This document shows, piece by piece, positions 25,639 to 38,699 of a stretch of DNA of 64,000 nt (position 1 is the first letter of the stretch; every line of letters begins with the position of its first letter). The notes under the pieces were generated by a model. It had not been told where the DNA came from, made no database searches, and was given only the letters and a program-made list of their open reading frames with translations. Position numbers and translations under genes: made by a program. Origin of the DNA: Negaprion brevirostris (lineage: Eukaryota); contig JARDVH010000121.1 of the NCBI GenBank assembly GCA_030324005.1, forward strand, positions 10,423,035 through 10,487,034, in the 5' to 3' direction.

Positions 25639-27119
25639 GTGTGTTTTAAACGTCAAAGTCAGATTTGTGTCAGTAAAATGTCTCGTCCCACCTCCAAACT
25701 ATAGTCAGTGGATTTCCGCACTACCCAAGGTGTATTCAATTGAAAAATGAAGTATTCGTCGAAGTATAAATTAAATGGATTTTGAACAATTGCAAAACAA
25801 AGAATATTATATCAACTGTTTGTTTTGCATTTGGTGTTCCAGGTATTCCGCTAATAGAAGCGCAATATTAAGCACAATTTAACACTGACCAATCACGATC
25901 CAAATACGTTGTTCAACTCAGAAACAACTATCTAAAAAGTAATTTAGATCACTCAAATCTTGCATAAGTGAAACAGAAGGCCACATTCATATCCAACTTC
26001 ATACTGACGCAGTCAACAGATTTTAACGATGATTAATGTCAGCAAGTCAGTAGACTTTTTATCCGAACAATTCATTTGCAACGGACAAGATGTTTTTTCA
26101 CACCGTCCAAGCCTGTAGCAATGATGCGGTTCATTTATTCACCGGGCTATCCTGGAGACTTAGCAGAACCATCCAAATACTCTCAATCCCTGTCATTTTC
26201 CAAAAGATGAGAAAAATAATTGAATTACTTGTCCATTTCGAAATAACAGTTTGCAATCCAAATTTAACTCTGCAGCCAACAAGTTGCGATTTTGTTTTCA
26301 ATCAGTTGATTGTAAAACAAAACTCAATATCATCCATTCAGTTGATATACTCATCTGCAACCCAGTAAAAAAAAAAACAGCGGACAGTCATCCGCTCTCA
26401 CTTTGAACGCCAACCACGAACCCCATAGTACTGTACACAATGTACTAGAAAACACAGCAATATTATTACTTTGTCAAAAACATCTGATAATTTGTAACGT
26501 CTCCGTTAATGCCCCGATGAAAAATATTTCATCCTTTGCGTCAGGGACAGCAACCTTCTAAACGCACGACCACTTCCACCTTGAAGGACAAGGGCAACAG
26601 GTACATGGGAACACCACGAACTGTGTTATCTTCTAAAGCACTTGCCATTCTGACCTAGAAATATATCTCCCTCCCTTCACAGTCAGTGGATCAAAATATT
26701 GGAATTTCCTTCCAACTGGCATTGTGAGCCAACCTACAGATTATGGGTTACAGAGTTTCAAAGCCGCACCTTCTCAAGGACAACTAGAAATGGGTAATCA
26801 ATGCTGGCCTAGCCAGCGACGCACAAGCTTGACTTTTTTTTAATGGATCCCTTCAGAAGCACGATTTCAGGTAACGTTCGTAGTATTTAATCACTTGAAG
26901 CGTAGAACTCCTCGATTTGCACTGTAAACATAAAAGATAGCAGGCGCTCAATGTTCAAAACACATGCCCATTTGCCAACTGATACTGTGGCAATGAAGAA
27001 TAATCGTGAGAAGAATTAAATTATGTTTCACATTATTGTTAAAAGGTAGGACAATGCTGAATGGTATCACAAGGTTCTGTTTCTACATCTCGTCCCCCAC
27101 TCCTCATGTTCTGTCCCAG

Positions 27120-27149
27120 TCTTTTTAAAAGTATCAAACATAAATCGTC
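27120..27149 (+). CDS. 30-nt phase 1-1 micro-exon candidate (V)FLKVSNINR
   Basis: gttctgtcccag|TCTTTTTAAAAG...AATCGTC|gtaaat. Confidence 0.35.
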
Positions 27150-27250
27150 GTAAATCGAGCAACTTCTGAACGATGCAATACCAACAGTTCAACTGCTCTG
27201 TACGACAGATGTTTACAAAACAGATGATGCGTTTTATGATTTGATTTCAG

Positions 27251-27283
27251 AGGTTGAAAGATTGAAGATGATTATTAATGCAG
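27251..27283 (+). CDS. 33-nt phase 1-1 micro-exon candidate (E)VERLKMIINA
   Basis: tttgatttcag|AGGTTGAAAGATTGAAGATGATTATTAATGCAG|gtggga; heptad-like, similar to ELTKLKGVISDL. Confidence 0.55.
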
Positions 27284-28716
27284 GTGGGAAAAAAATCACA
27301 TGAACTATATATATAATATTTACAGAAATTCGATGTTGTCAATTCCGCCATATGCTGGACAAACGTGGCCAATGCAATACAGAAGCCAAGAAGTGTGGAT
27401 ACTGGAATTTGAAGCGACAATAGAAAATGTTGGAAAATATCAGCAGGCCTGGCAACATCTGCAGCGAAAGAAAAGACTGAAAGTTCCGAGTCGGGAAGTG
27501 ATTTCGTCATGTACTTTTTTTTTGTTATTCGTTTCTCTGTAGAAAACTAAAATTGAATCTTTGTGTGATCATTGATCCCACATCCCAATAATATGTAAAT
27601 TCAATTTGACCCAGTAATGACCATCGGCAATAATACCCGGGAACTTTTTTTTCCCCATTTGAGTTTATAATCTGCCCCCAGTATCGAAACCAGCAAATTG
27701 TTTGTGCGTCGTCATTTCGCTCAACATTTTTTTTAACCTCGTTATTTTCTCAGTTACAACGTCTGAATACAGACGTTTCCACAAATAGTTGTGGCAGCAT
27801 CTGTGAAGAGAAATTACGGAGCACAATTTAAGTGATAACTTGGATCCGAAACGTTAACTCAGTTTCCTCCATGGACACTGCAACTACTGTTGAACTGAAA
27901 CACAATTTTCTGTCATTATTTCAGTGTCGCCTTTATATATCTGCTTTCGAACGTTGCAAGCCAGTTTCAACAAACATACAAAACGTTAAAGTTGAAATTA
28001 ATCAGGAACGATTGCGAGTCATGAAATAATCAAAATAGAATATTTCGAATGACGACGGAAATCGCTCTGCTGTTCGATTAATTGTGTCAATTCTAGTTGA
28101 AAGAAACACATTGACATCAATGTGAATCCTTTATCTTTGTTCATGTTCTATTGTTTGATAGTTCCTGATAATTTAAATACTTCAACGATTTGTTTTCTTC
28201 TGTGACGAAACTCAAGAAAACTGCATTCACAACTTCTGAAGTTAAGCTATGTTCTGAGATAGGCTTTTTTTTGCACGGACAGGGGAGAATTTCATACAAG
28301 ACTTTCATGCATGGACATTATAATTTCTAGTTGGCAACAAAATTAACTTCGTGTTTAGTGACAATTATTCGTTCGGCTTTCTTTTTCTTAATATAATCCA
28401 GCATGTTAAAAACAAAAGCAAGCTGATTTTGTAACCGCAGTGACAACATTGTGGTGAAGGCTCTTTATGGAGAGTTCTTAGAACATCGAACTCCCAGCCT
28501 GCAAAATATTTCTCGAAGATCAATTTATGTAGGTGTTGATAAGGGTACGAGGGTGAAATGATTTTTGTTTTATATTAACGATTCGTGCCAGATGAATGAT
28601 ATTGTGAGTGTTCTCGTTTCATTTGGAGTACATATACTGGAATGGGATAGGTCAGCATCAGTGCCATAGCTTTTGTGCATCTGTGCGCAAACTTTATATT
28701 TTATCTTTCTTGATAG

Positions 28717-28743
28717 GAGAGTGTGATGAAGCATACAATGCAG
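28717..28743 (+). CDS. 27-nt phase 1-1 micro-exon candidate (G)ECDEAYNA
   Basis: tatctttcttgatag|GAGAGTGTGATGAAGCATACAATGCAG|gtgaca. Confidence 0.6.
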
Positions 28744-30020
28744 GTGACATTAATATATGCATGTATAATTACAGTACTGCAATATATGTTCAAACAATGC
28801 CGAGTAGTTCTATTAGTCACTCGGCCGTATATGGCTTGGCAAATATCGGAGATGATGGCGAATTGGTAGTGTCATGGCAATATAATCTAAGCATTGCCAC
28901 AGATAGACTGAAAATGTTATCTGAAACTCTAGAAGTGTGGAGGTGAAAATCGTTTTAACTAACTGATCTGGAATGAAAGTAACGTTTCGAACGACCATGA
29001 ATGTATCACATATTATCTATAAATCTTATCTGCAATCCCGTTCAGGTTCAGACTCTTTGCAACACCAGATTCACAGAAATGTGGTTGGATCTTGATTGCT
29101 CCCGTAAATTGCAAAGCAAGCCACTTATTACAAAAAAAAGATACGTTGTAAATAAAATCTCGAGCATAACCAGCAATGCCAATATAACAGGAATTAAAAC
29201 ATACAAGATGTTCAGCAGTCAATGCAATGAACAGCCATGTGACACTTGCGAAGGTCGATTAGCTTGATTTAAAATGGCACAAACAATTATCTTCACCAAC
29301 ACACTATTCTTCAAAAAAACGTACCCGCTTTAATTTCCAACGGTAACAGTAAACAAGGTCAAATGTCTCTATAATAACCGTGCCCTGCCCGAAACAATCC
29401 GGTGTCAATACAAATAACTGAGGAACTAATGCATTGCAAAGTTGAATTTTCACTCCATGACGGATGCAATTACTTTATTCATTTGTTTCGCATACGAGAA
29501 TCAGATTTTGCTGATGTAATCCAATAAGGTAGACTTTATAGGTACACTTCAACATCGGACGATCAAGAACGTTTCCATCAATCAGTGAAATTGGAATGTC
29601 TGTCTTGATGGTCGTAGACTACTGACGGTAAAATGGGTTGAGGGAAAGAAAAGTATGATGGAAGCTGAAGTGAACTAACGCCAAGTTACCATTTTGTGTG
29701 GCTTAAGAGGCAATATACCTTAATTGTTTCAGTTAATTGTAGATCAATGCGGTTGCATGCTAAAGATCGTCAAAATTAATTCAAATTAAACGTGATTGCG
29801 AGAAATTCAACTTTCTGCAGCAAATGTCCTTTAAACGGAGCTCATTCATATTTAGATTGATTAATTGACAGCTGCGCACCAATCACGGTGGACTTGAGGA
29901 ATCAGATGCTTCATGCAAACTTGCAATGTGACCGCATGTAAAGGGAAAAAAAATTGACGTTAATTTTCTATTTTTTGTGAGACTTACTTTGCCGTCACGT
30001 CTTTTTTTTTTAATTTGCAG

Positions 30021-30047
30021 AACTCGCAGCACTAACTCACGACTTGA
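30021..30047 (+). CDS. 27-nt phase 1-1 micro-exon candidate (E)LAALTHDL
   Basis: ttttttttttaatttgcag|AACTCGCAGCACTAACTCACGACTTGA|gtaaga. Confidence 0.65.
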
Positions 30048-32027
30048 GTAAGAAAAAAAAACATACATTTTGGGAAGCATTAATCGTAAATGAATTCCCT
30101 GTGTTTTGAAGCAAAGACAAACACGCAGCCAAACAGCACAATAATTCCTCCATGATTTTGCGAAAAACGTGCAGCAGGTGCTGATATTATCTCACTGCCA
30201 GTGTAATGAGTAAGCATTTCTATACCCTCTGTTGAATACTCAGTTCTCTGGAATTTCGACTTCAACGCAAAGCAATACCTACTGTTTTCGCCCAGGGGGT
30301 TTCTAAAGACGACACATTCCAATTTCATTATGTTCCTCGACAACAGAAATTAAACTGGATTTATGTNNNNNNNNNNNNNNNNNNNNNNNNNNNNNNNNNT
30401 AACAAATTCTTGAAGTAGAACGAGGTAGATTACATTTGCAAAATAATCAAATTCCGTGTTCCCGAAACAAGTCTAATAAGTAAACAGAATCTTTGGGGAA
30501 GGCAACATGTGTGCTGTTGTGCAAAGATCGATACATCCCAATTGAGCTTGGCGACACAATAATGTCATTATTTTCAGAAACACGTAATAATACAGGAGAG
30601 AACTAATTCATTTGTCCCTCGCATAGTGAGAGCACTGTGGACAATGAAGCATATCATCACACAGCCACTGAAAGCTGTGTACTCACCTTGTACAATGATT
30701 ACTGCCTGTTAAAATTGCAGCAATAATTATCTGTATTCTTGTGTTGCCATTATTAAGTGCCGAAGTGCGATAGTACAGTCATATAGTCAAGTCGTTTCTG
30801 CAGGTGAACCATCAGCGATCATGCTTGACAATATCACAGCTTTGAAAATAGGCAGCCATAGAAATAGCGCGTTTCTCGGCGTCAATAATGACCCGAAGCT
30901 TACGAGCTCCGTTAGTAATTCTAACGATTTTTCCGAGGTAAATCGAGAATTTGCTAGAAAGAGATCAAACAGAATGTCTGGCAGGCAAGGGAAAAAGCAA
31001 TTTNNNNNNNNNNNNNNNNNNNNNNNNNNNNNNNNNNNNNNNNNNNNNNNNNNNNNNNNNNNNNNNNNNNNNNNNNNNNNNNNNNNNNNNNNNNNNNNNN
31101 NNNGGAAAAAGCAATTTCGATCTTTTAATTTACTTATTGTTGCCAAAACACTCTCAGAATTTAGAAGTTTTCAAGGGTTAGGTATTGTTTCATCTGCAAA
31201 CCTCTGGAAAAGTACGCTGCATTTAACATATTGACAAAAGGTGAAATAATATGCATGAGAAACAGGATTAAGGCAATGTACAACCGTGGATGACAACACC
31301 GTTATCTGTGTAGTACTCAAATATGAAACATTTCTAGTAAATCTATAACCAGAACTGGGTATTAAATATTTCAACAGTGAAACCTCACTTGGAAAACTGT
31401 TCGACCTTCATCAGAGAACGATGGTGAAATTAACCGCGACAACGGTGTCAGTGGTTCCGAATAGACGGGGAAAATTGCCACAGAAAATCAAACAGCTCGT
31501 TGTAGCTTTGATGAAGGTTGTTCCTGTTTGATGTGTGACATCCTTATTGGACAGATATAAACATCAACGTCCTGGAAATATGGAACCGGAAAATGTACGT
31601 TAAAAGACGACCCCAGGACTTTTGAGATAAAACAAATTTTGAAATGAGGTCAAGGTTGCTTTTGTTTTTAAGGGGTGTGAAAGGGAGAGCTGATCGTGAC
31701 ATATTGTAATTAGAATTGGGATAAGGGAACCATAGAATGTGAAAAAATACCAAGTAAGTTTGCAGTTCGAAATTTAGTTCCGATGCTCGGAGGCCCAATC
31801 AGAATTGTGTGAAGGGAAAACGAGAGGCATATGTCGGAGGCGTAAAGCACAAAGGCATTTGAAGAGAGAGGGAAAAATGAAAAAGACGACATTAAAAACG
31901 AAAAAGTCAACATCATGGGATATAGTCACGGTAGACAGCCAGGGTGAACACAAGAACTGAAAAATGTTTTTGTAATCTCCCATTGTAGTAATGATTAAAG
32001 TCAGTTATTTGTCTCAGTTCACAGCAG

Positions 32028-32054
32028 ACGGGCGAGTACAAAGAATCATGGCGT
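32028..32054 (+). CDS. 27-nt (30-nt via NAGNAG) phase 1-1 micro-exon candidate (D)GRVQRIMA
   Basis: gttcacagcag|ACGGGCGAGTACAAAGAATCATGGCGT|gtaatt. Confidence 0.45.
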
Positions 32055-32582
32055 GTAATTTAGACTTAGAATTGGCCAAAAAAAACTGACGATTCCCTCA
32101 CGATTCTGAACTGATGGTGAAGGAGTGAAACCATTTAACATATGGCAGCAGCTTCTGCTTGTGTTTTCGTGATAGGACAGTGATCATCACAAACTCGTGT
32201 CCCTTAAATGCCTGTTTTCGCATCTTGAATGTCAAGCAGTGGGAATACGTATTACACGAAAGAAAACACGCATGTCGTTCACAAACAATTGTACTTTTAC
32301 AAATTTTGAGGCAAAAAAAACATTCTTTTGACTTTTTTCCTTGTTTAACAGGATGTACGAATTTAATTTATCTCGGAATTTACAATGTAATCCACTCATT
32401 TGTATTGAATTATGTAAATAAGTAAACTCGCATATTTTAGGTGAATAAAGCAACCCGATGGCATATCCCCAGTATAATATACAGTATTAAAAAGATCAAA
32501 ACATAAAGATTGATGAAAAGGTAAATTGACAAATGTTTGTAACAGCGAAAGTCAGTGCCATTAACTGATTATTTCTCCCTAG

Positions 32583-32609
32583 GCAAATCAATTCTTGTGA
32601 AAGAAGGAG
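32583..32609 (+). CDS. 27-nt phase 1-1 micro-exon candidate (G)KSILVKEG
   Basis: attatttctccctag|GCAAATCAATTCTTGTGAAAGAAGGAG|gtaaat. Confidence 0.65.
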
Positions 32610-33739
32610 GTAAATCTTTATTGACAAATTATTTGCATATACTATCTGTATCGGAATTGGTAATAAAATGCAAAGTAACGGTATTATGCATGCAAATATT
32701 TTCCAACAAAAGCGGCTTCGTTTTCAATGAAATTTATTTTTTTTTCCTTGAAGTGAGTGAAGGGCCAACTAAAACAAAAGTAACAGACTAACGGTATTAG
32801 AATCTAAGAGTACATGGGCTTGTTGTAGTTGAATGTCATACCGAGTCGAGAGTGATTATATCGAGAAACGGGTAAAGTGTTCACTGAATCCAAGGAATAA
32901 TAATGCAGAGATAGAGGAATGATTTGTTTGGGTCAATAGTCTAGAAGCAAAATGATAATGTTTCTTTTGGCATAAAAACTGAATTGTGATACCAGAGCAA
33001 CCAATTTTGCATCAAAGGATCAGAATATTTAAATTGGAGTCGTATAGAAAATAAAAATGCTGAAGGGAGGTCAATTAACATTAATATGATGACGTTCTTG
33101 ACCAGTTGCATTCAGCAGGGGACAATATTAATATTTAGGAGCTGTAGGGAAAGTGTTGCGATCCTAAGTGATTGAAAAAGCAACAGATACAGATGATACA
33201 AGTAACTAATTTTGAAGTGATGGTATTGAGTGTTAAGCATCCTTGAATCCAAGACGTTCCTGAATCATGCTAATATTTCCATTAGAGTCCAAAATCAATG
33301 TGGGATTGCAGGATCAACCATGGTAAATATTCAGTGTTAGGGTAGCAGGGCAGGGGAAAGGGCCTGGGTGGAATGATTCTTAGGAATGTTGGTACAGAGT
33401 TGATGGATCAGTTCACTCTTTATCTATGGTTCTACAGGTATAGGGTGGAATAGAGAGAGGTACTTTAATCATGACATACTACCAAACGTCAAACTGTGGT
33501 GAGTATGGTTCGGGGATGTGTTCGCATCAAGGACCAACAATCTCCAGAATTTAGTGAAGTGCAAATATCATGGATATTACATATCTGAAGGATATATGCT
33601 AGGCAACATGTATAATGAAGCACAAAATATAACGACAGAACTTCGAACATTATGGTGAATGTGGGTTGTGGGCTTGCGGAAGCACAGTTAACAGATACCT
33701 TATTTTGTGGAATGAAGAATTAAATCTCTGTCCCCATAT

Positions 33740-33980
33740 GCATTAACGTTTGCCTTTGGGAATTAATCTAAACTGCACTAAATGACAACTTAGCATGGCC
33801 AACACACCAAACGTGCAACACATTGGACTTTTTGGCAGAACTGGTGTACTCAGAGTAAACCAATGAAGAAAGTTGTGAACAGCAAATTTGCTGCATTCAG
33901 ATGAGATCAGAATCGAACCGGGGTCCCTGGTGCTGGGAGACAACGTTTCTAACATTTTGTTTCACGTTGCTGCCATGTGG
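33740..33980 (-). mobile_element. Decayed HE1-like SINE
   Basis: atcgaaccggggtccctggtgctg and ttagcatggccaa match the antisense SINE at 57870-58205. Confidence 0.65.
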
Positions 33981-34649
33981 GAACTTCCGTGCACTTCCCA
34001 GGTCTTCATGAAATACGATATGGATTGTCTCTAGTGGTGAGATCTGAAGTTTCACGTTGTCGCGATTGTGAAGGAATATAAAGCAATATTGTGCATCGGT
34101 GGATGCATGTTCCAAGACTTTGGCAGTTGACATACAGTAAAAATGTAGGAGGGTGATCCTCCAGAAGGGTGAAGCGAGCTGGTAGTAAGAAGCCTCCTGT
34201 GTGTACGGGACAATGCTGGGACAGTTAACAGATTTAATGAAATGCATTTCAACCTATAGCAAGAAAGGGCAAGAGCCGTACAACACTATAAGTGGAAAAA
34301 AAGGGTTTGACATTTAAACCATGGAGGCACTTCTGTATGTTCATGATCAATCCTCTACATCAAGGCAACGTTCGCATTTTTATTTGCTCATGTATTTTGG
34401 CGTAATATAGCGCCAATATGCGTTTTGACCACACTCAATGTGTGTGTATTCCTCGCCCTGGGATGCAGAACACAACTGGGCACTTCCAGTTGAGTGAAAA
34501 AAAAACTTACCCGATTAGCAGCACAAAATCTTTAAAGGCTTATTTTGAGACTGTGCCCTCGTTTGGTCCGTCGGAAATTAAAGAATGCACTCCATTTACT
34601 GGAGTTGTGCTGCAGGCCTCCTAATAGCCAGTGGGTGATAGAGAATTAG

Positions 34650-37090
34650 ATATGCAGACAGAAGAAAAAAATGCAAAAACAATATTATTCATGTTTGATG
34701 ATTGTAACTTGCACATTCTTGAATGAGATTCCACAAGCGCCAGAGGCTTGGTTGGGGAATGACGTGTTATGTAAGTCCAGGCGAGTTCCTTAAAGCAATA
34801 CGTAAATATTCCAATAAGGGAAGGAGCAATACTAGATCTGACGTTGGATAATGATCCCTAATCAGGTGACCGAGGTTTAAATAGGAAAGCATATTGGCAA
34901 GAGAGGTCTTAATTCCATAATTACTGTTAATTAGTGGTCAGGATGATAATAGTGCTTGGGTGAAAGAATTACATTGGCGAGGCCAACTATGAGATTATTA
35001 CACATGGACTGCGGAACTTAGGTTGGAGATGCATGTTTGAGAGTAAATCTTTACCTGTCTTGAATGAATATTTTGAAGCCCAGTTGATTAGAGTTCAGGA
35101 CTAGTACGTTCAGGATTAGTAGTTCAGGACTATTACATTTTACTGTGAAAATGTACAAAAGGAATGGAAGAAATCTAGGAGGCGTGGACGACAAAATAAG
35201 TTGTGAATTTATTTTGAAAAGGATAAGCGAAAGTCTTATGTATTTCTTAAGAAACTGAAGATAGACAAAGCCTTGGGAGAATATGAAGAAACCAATAATG
35301 GCAGTGAGGACGGGTCATTCATGATACTTGGCAAATAGCAGTTACGAAAATCCGAAGTCATTAAATACATATGTAGTGAACAAGCAGGCAGCTAGGGACA
35401 GGGTAGGAACACACAAGGACAAAGGAGGGAATTTATTCATGCAGCCACAGAATGTGGGCGTGGTCCTTACCAAATACATTGCATCGTAATTGACAAAGGC
35501 GACGGTGCTGGCCAGTATAGAGAGGGCTATTTTGGTATTCCAAGATATGCCAATGCAGAAAAGGAGAAGAATAGATGCTTTGAAATTAAATCAAGTAGGA
35601 AAGCCGTGCAGACATGATGAGATTTATCCCAGAATAGGTGTGGAGGTAATGGGGGAAATTGTCGGTGTGTTGGAAGAAATTGTTGTATCCTCTTTAGTCA
35701 GAGGAGAGATCCCAGATTACTGGAGAATAAACAAGGCCGTCCTTTTGTTTAAGGTGAACAACAGGAATAAGCCAGGGAATTGCAGGCCGATGAGCCTTAT
35801 ACCAGCAGTGGAGAAATTATTGGTGAAGATTATGAGAGACAAGAAAACATATTTGGGTATATTAACAATAGGCAGCATGGCTTTGCCCTGTGGAGTTCTT
35901 GCCTCATACAGCTGATTGAGCCTGTTTTTTTTTCGCGGTACTGACAGCGATGGTTGATGTGAACTGGGCAATTGTTCTTGTCTACGTTTACTTCAGCAAG
36001 GTATTTCACAAGAGTCGTCATGCCATGCTGATATGCAAGATAAAGTCGCATGGGGTTCCCCACGAGCTAGACATAGGGTGGACATTTATCTAGCTGAAAC
36101 ATAAAAGGCTGAGAATAGCGGTAGAATTGTGTTTTTCTGACTCAAGATTTGTGACCAGCTATGTTACGCAGGGATCAGTGCTGTGACGACTGTTTTCAAC
36201 AATATCTCTAAATGATTTTGACATGAAAGTAGGTTGTCTGATTAGTAAGTTTGCCCAGACACAAACATTGTAGTAACTGTGGAGATTGAGGAGGATTGCT
36301 AACGTTTTTGGCAGGATGTAAATAAGTTGGAGACTTCGGGGGAGAACTGGAAGGATGAATTTAACATGGAGAAATGTGAGGTGATGTGTTTTGGAAGGTC
36401 TGTTGTTGGAGTGAAGTACACCCTAAGTGGCAGAACTCTTCGAAGAATTCATGCACAGAGAGTCTAGGTGCACAGATCCATATGCCACTGAAAACTGAAC
36501 GCAAGTAGGTAAACTGCTCAAGATGACCTGTGAAATTTGTGACTTCAATGTTCGGGAAAGAACAAATAAATTGGCAGGTCATGTTGCAGCGGTGCGGATC
36601 TTTATTTTGGCTACATTTCCAATATTGTGTACAGTTCCGATAGCCAGACGGTGTGTGGAGTCTTTCGTGAGGGTACAGAAAATGTGTACCAGGACTTTGC
36701 CTTGTTTGGAGTGTATAAGCTACATGGAAATGTTGGAGAAACGCACTTGAAATTCAACGGCTTAGGGCCGACCTGATAGAAGGTAACAAACAAAAACATT
36801 TAAGCCGCATTTATAATGGACAGACAGATAGTTTACCCAGGGTGAAAATCTCAATTACAAAGGGACAGAAATTTAAGTAAAAGGAGGGGAAGTATGAAGG
36901 ACTTAGGGGAGACATGATTTTTCTTTACGAGAGTGTGCTGAATATCATACATGTGGTGTCAAATGAAATGGTAGAAGCAGAGGCAAACAAAATTTGGGAT
37001 CCATTTTGACATAGGCAGGAATAGAAAATGAATAGTGCGAGTGAAACCCCATTGAAGCAAAATAGTTACTTGGAAGAGACAACTAAAAGC
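34650..37090 (+). mobile_element. Decayed CR1 ORF2 (endonuclease end, RT, 3' region)
   Basis: ORF 35490..35915 DEIYPRI...SSLVRGEIPDYWR...KPGNCRPMSL; cagggatcagtgctg (QGSVL); agtaagtttgcc (SKFA). Confidence 0.85.
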
Positions 37091-37124
37091 GTTTTCTCCA
37101 AATTTCTGAATGGTAAATATAATT

Positions 37125-37505
37125 TCTGATGTGAATATGCCGGCGTTGGACTGGGGTAAACACAGTAAAAAGCCTGACAGCACCAGGTTTAAGTCCAACC
37201 GATTTATTTGATAGTAAACTCACTAGCTTTCGAGGNNNNNNNNNNNNNNNNNNNNNNNNNNNNNNNNNNNNNNNNNNNNNNNNNNNNNNNNNNNNNNNNN
37301 NNNNNNNNNNNNNNNNNNNNNNNNNNNNNNNNNNNAAGACTTGAATAGCAGGTTAGGTGTAAAGATTCACATTCTAATCAGTAATCTGTAAACTGTCTGT
37401 GCTGTTATATGTACTATCTGAGCCAGAACTCTCCATTCACCTGACGAAAGCTAGTGAGTTTACTATGAAATAAATCGGTTGGACTTAAACCTGGTGTTGT
37501 CAGAA
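37125..37505. mobile_element. Penelope-like element with inverted termini and apparent target-site duplication
   Basis: 37173-37232 (ctgacagcaccaggtttaagtccaaccgatttattt...ctagctttcg) is inverted at 37445-37503; flanks aaatataatttctga / aaatataaattctga. Confidence 0.75.
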
Positions 37506-37914
37506 ATATAAATTCTGACAGAACGTAAGCAGTCATAGTGTTTTGATGATGAATCACAGAGTTGGTGTATACGCTAAGAACAGCAGCACACTTCTATTAC
37601 TTTAACATAGACTTACTTTTAGTGAAGTATGAAGCAATGTTATTCGAATGCCGACTGATGTAGTCAATCCAGTTGTGACATATTCGGACAAAAACTGTTG
37701 GAAGTGTTAAAAACGTTGTCGTCGTTTGCAATGGTGAATTGTTTGCACCTGAAAATTCTAACAGTTTGAATTGGAAAGGAAAGACAGGTAAAGAATTGAT
37801 GCAATCTTCAAACATTATCTAGATAATTGAAGTGCCGGACGAATTTTACGGTGGCATAAATGAAATCTTTACTCAACCAACAATTTATAGTCACAATGAG
37901 TGGCCAGCTGGTTC

Positions 37915-38350
37915 ATGGTGATGCGGAGAAGCCGGCGTTGGACTGGCATAAACACAGTAAGAAGTCTCACAACACCAGGTTGAAGTCCTGGTTTATTTGA
38001 TAGCAAAAACCACGAGCTTTCGAAGCACTGCTCCTTCGTCAGGTGAGTGTGATTTCAGTTCACAAAAAAGGCATATGAAGACACAAACTCAATTTACAAA
38101 CTAATAGTTGGAATACGAGTCTTTACACGTAATCAAGTCTAAAAGGCACAGACAAGGTGAGTGGAGGGAGGGTTTAGCACAGGTTAAGGAGATATGATTT
38201 GTCTCCAGTCAGGACAGTAAGTACGTTTTTGCAAGCCCAGGCAAGTCGTGGGCGGTCGCAGATAGTGTGACATGAACCCAAGATCCCGATTGATGCCGTC
38301 CTCATGTATGCGGAACTTGACTGTCAGTCTCTGCTTGGCGACTTGAAGCT
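37915..38350 (-). mobile_element. Penelope-like element 3' region with hammerhead-like motif
   Basis: Same terminal repeat as 6743 and 37125; minus strand reads cacCTGACGAaggagcagtgcttcGAAAgc. Confidence 0.8.
38000..38050 (-). ncRNA. Putative minimal hammerhead ribozyme (Penelope-associated)
   Basis: Core boxes CUGACGA and GAAA flank a helix II GGAGC-agu-GCUUC; helix I/III pairing is weak. Confidence 0.5.
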
Positions 38351-38699
38351 GTTGTTAAGACTTGTACAATAAGATACCCAAGGGGGTAGAAACGATGAGA
38401 AAGAACTCAGATGTTTTCACTTTGATGAAATTAAAAATCATATTGCAGTTATTGGTAAAAACACTAATACAGTGAAGGAAATCTCGAAAGGAATCGAGGA
38501 GCTGAAGTAGAATGCATAACCTAGGGATAGGCTGAACAGCAAGATAATGCCCATCGTTACAAAGACTTGACCTGTGTAAGTACGGTTTACTCAGTTACAG
38601 CAGGGGGAGCAGGCCAAGAAATTAAAATATTGAGAGTACGTGAGCTACTCTATCTCTAATATTAAGAGATGAAAATGTTTGTGATCTTTCTGAAATGTC

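Noticed and set aside
30804-30937. 134-nt exon candidate GEPSAIMLDN...NDFSE
   Set aside because: Phase 1 to phase 0, not symmetric like the rest, and no recognisable domain; support insufficient.
30990-31117. Direct repeat ggaaaaagcaattt either side of the gap (likewise caacggaa around 52627-52762)
   Set aside because: Flanks a 100-N placeholder gap; most likely contig-end overlap.
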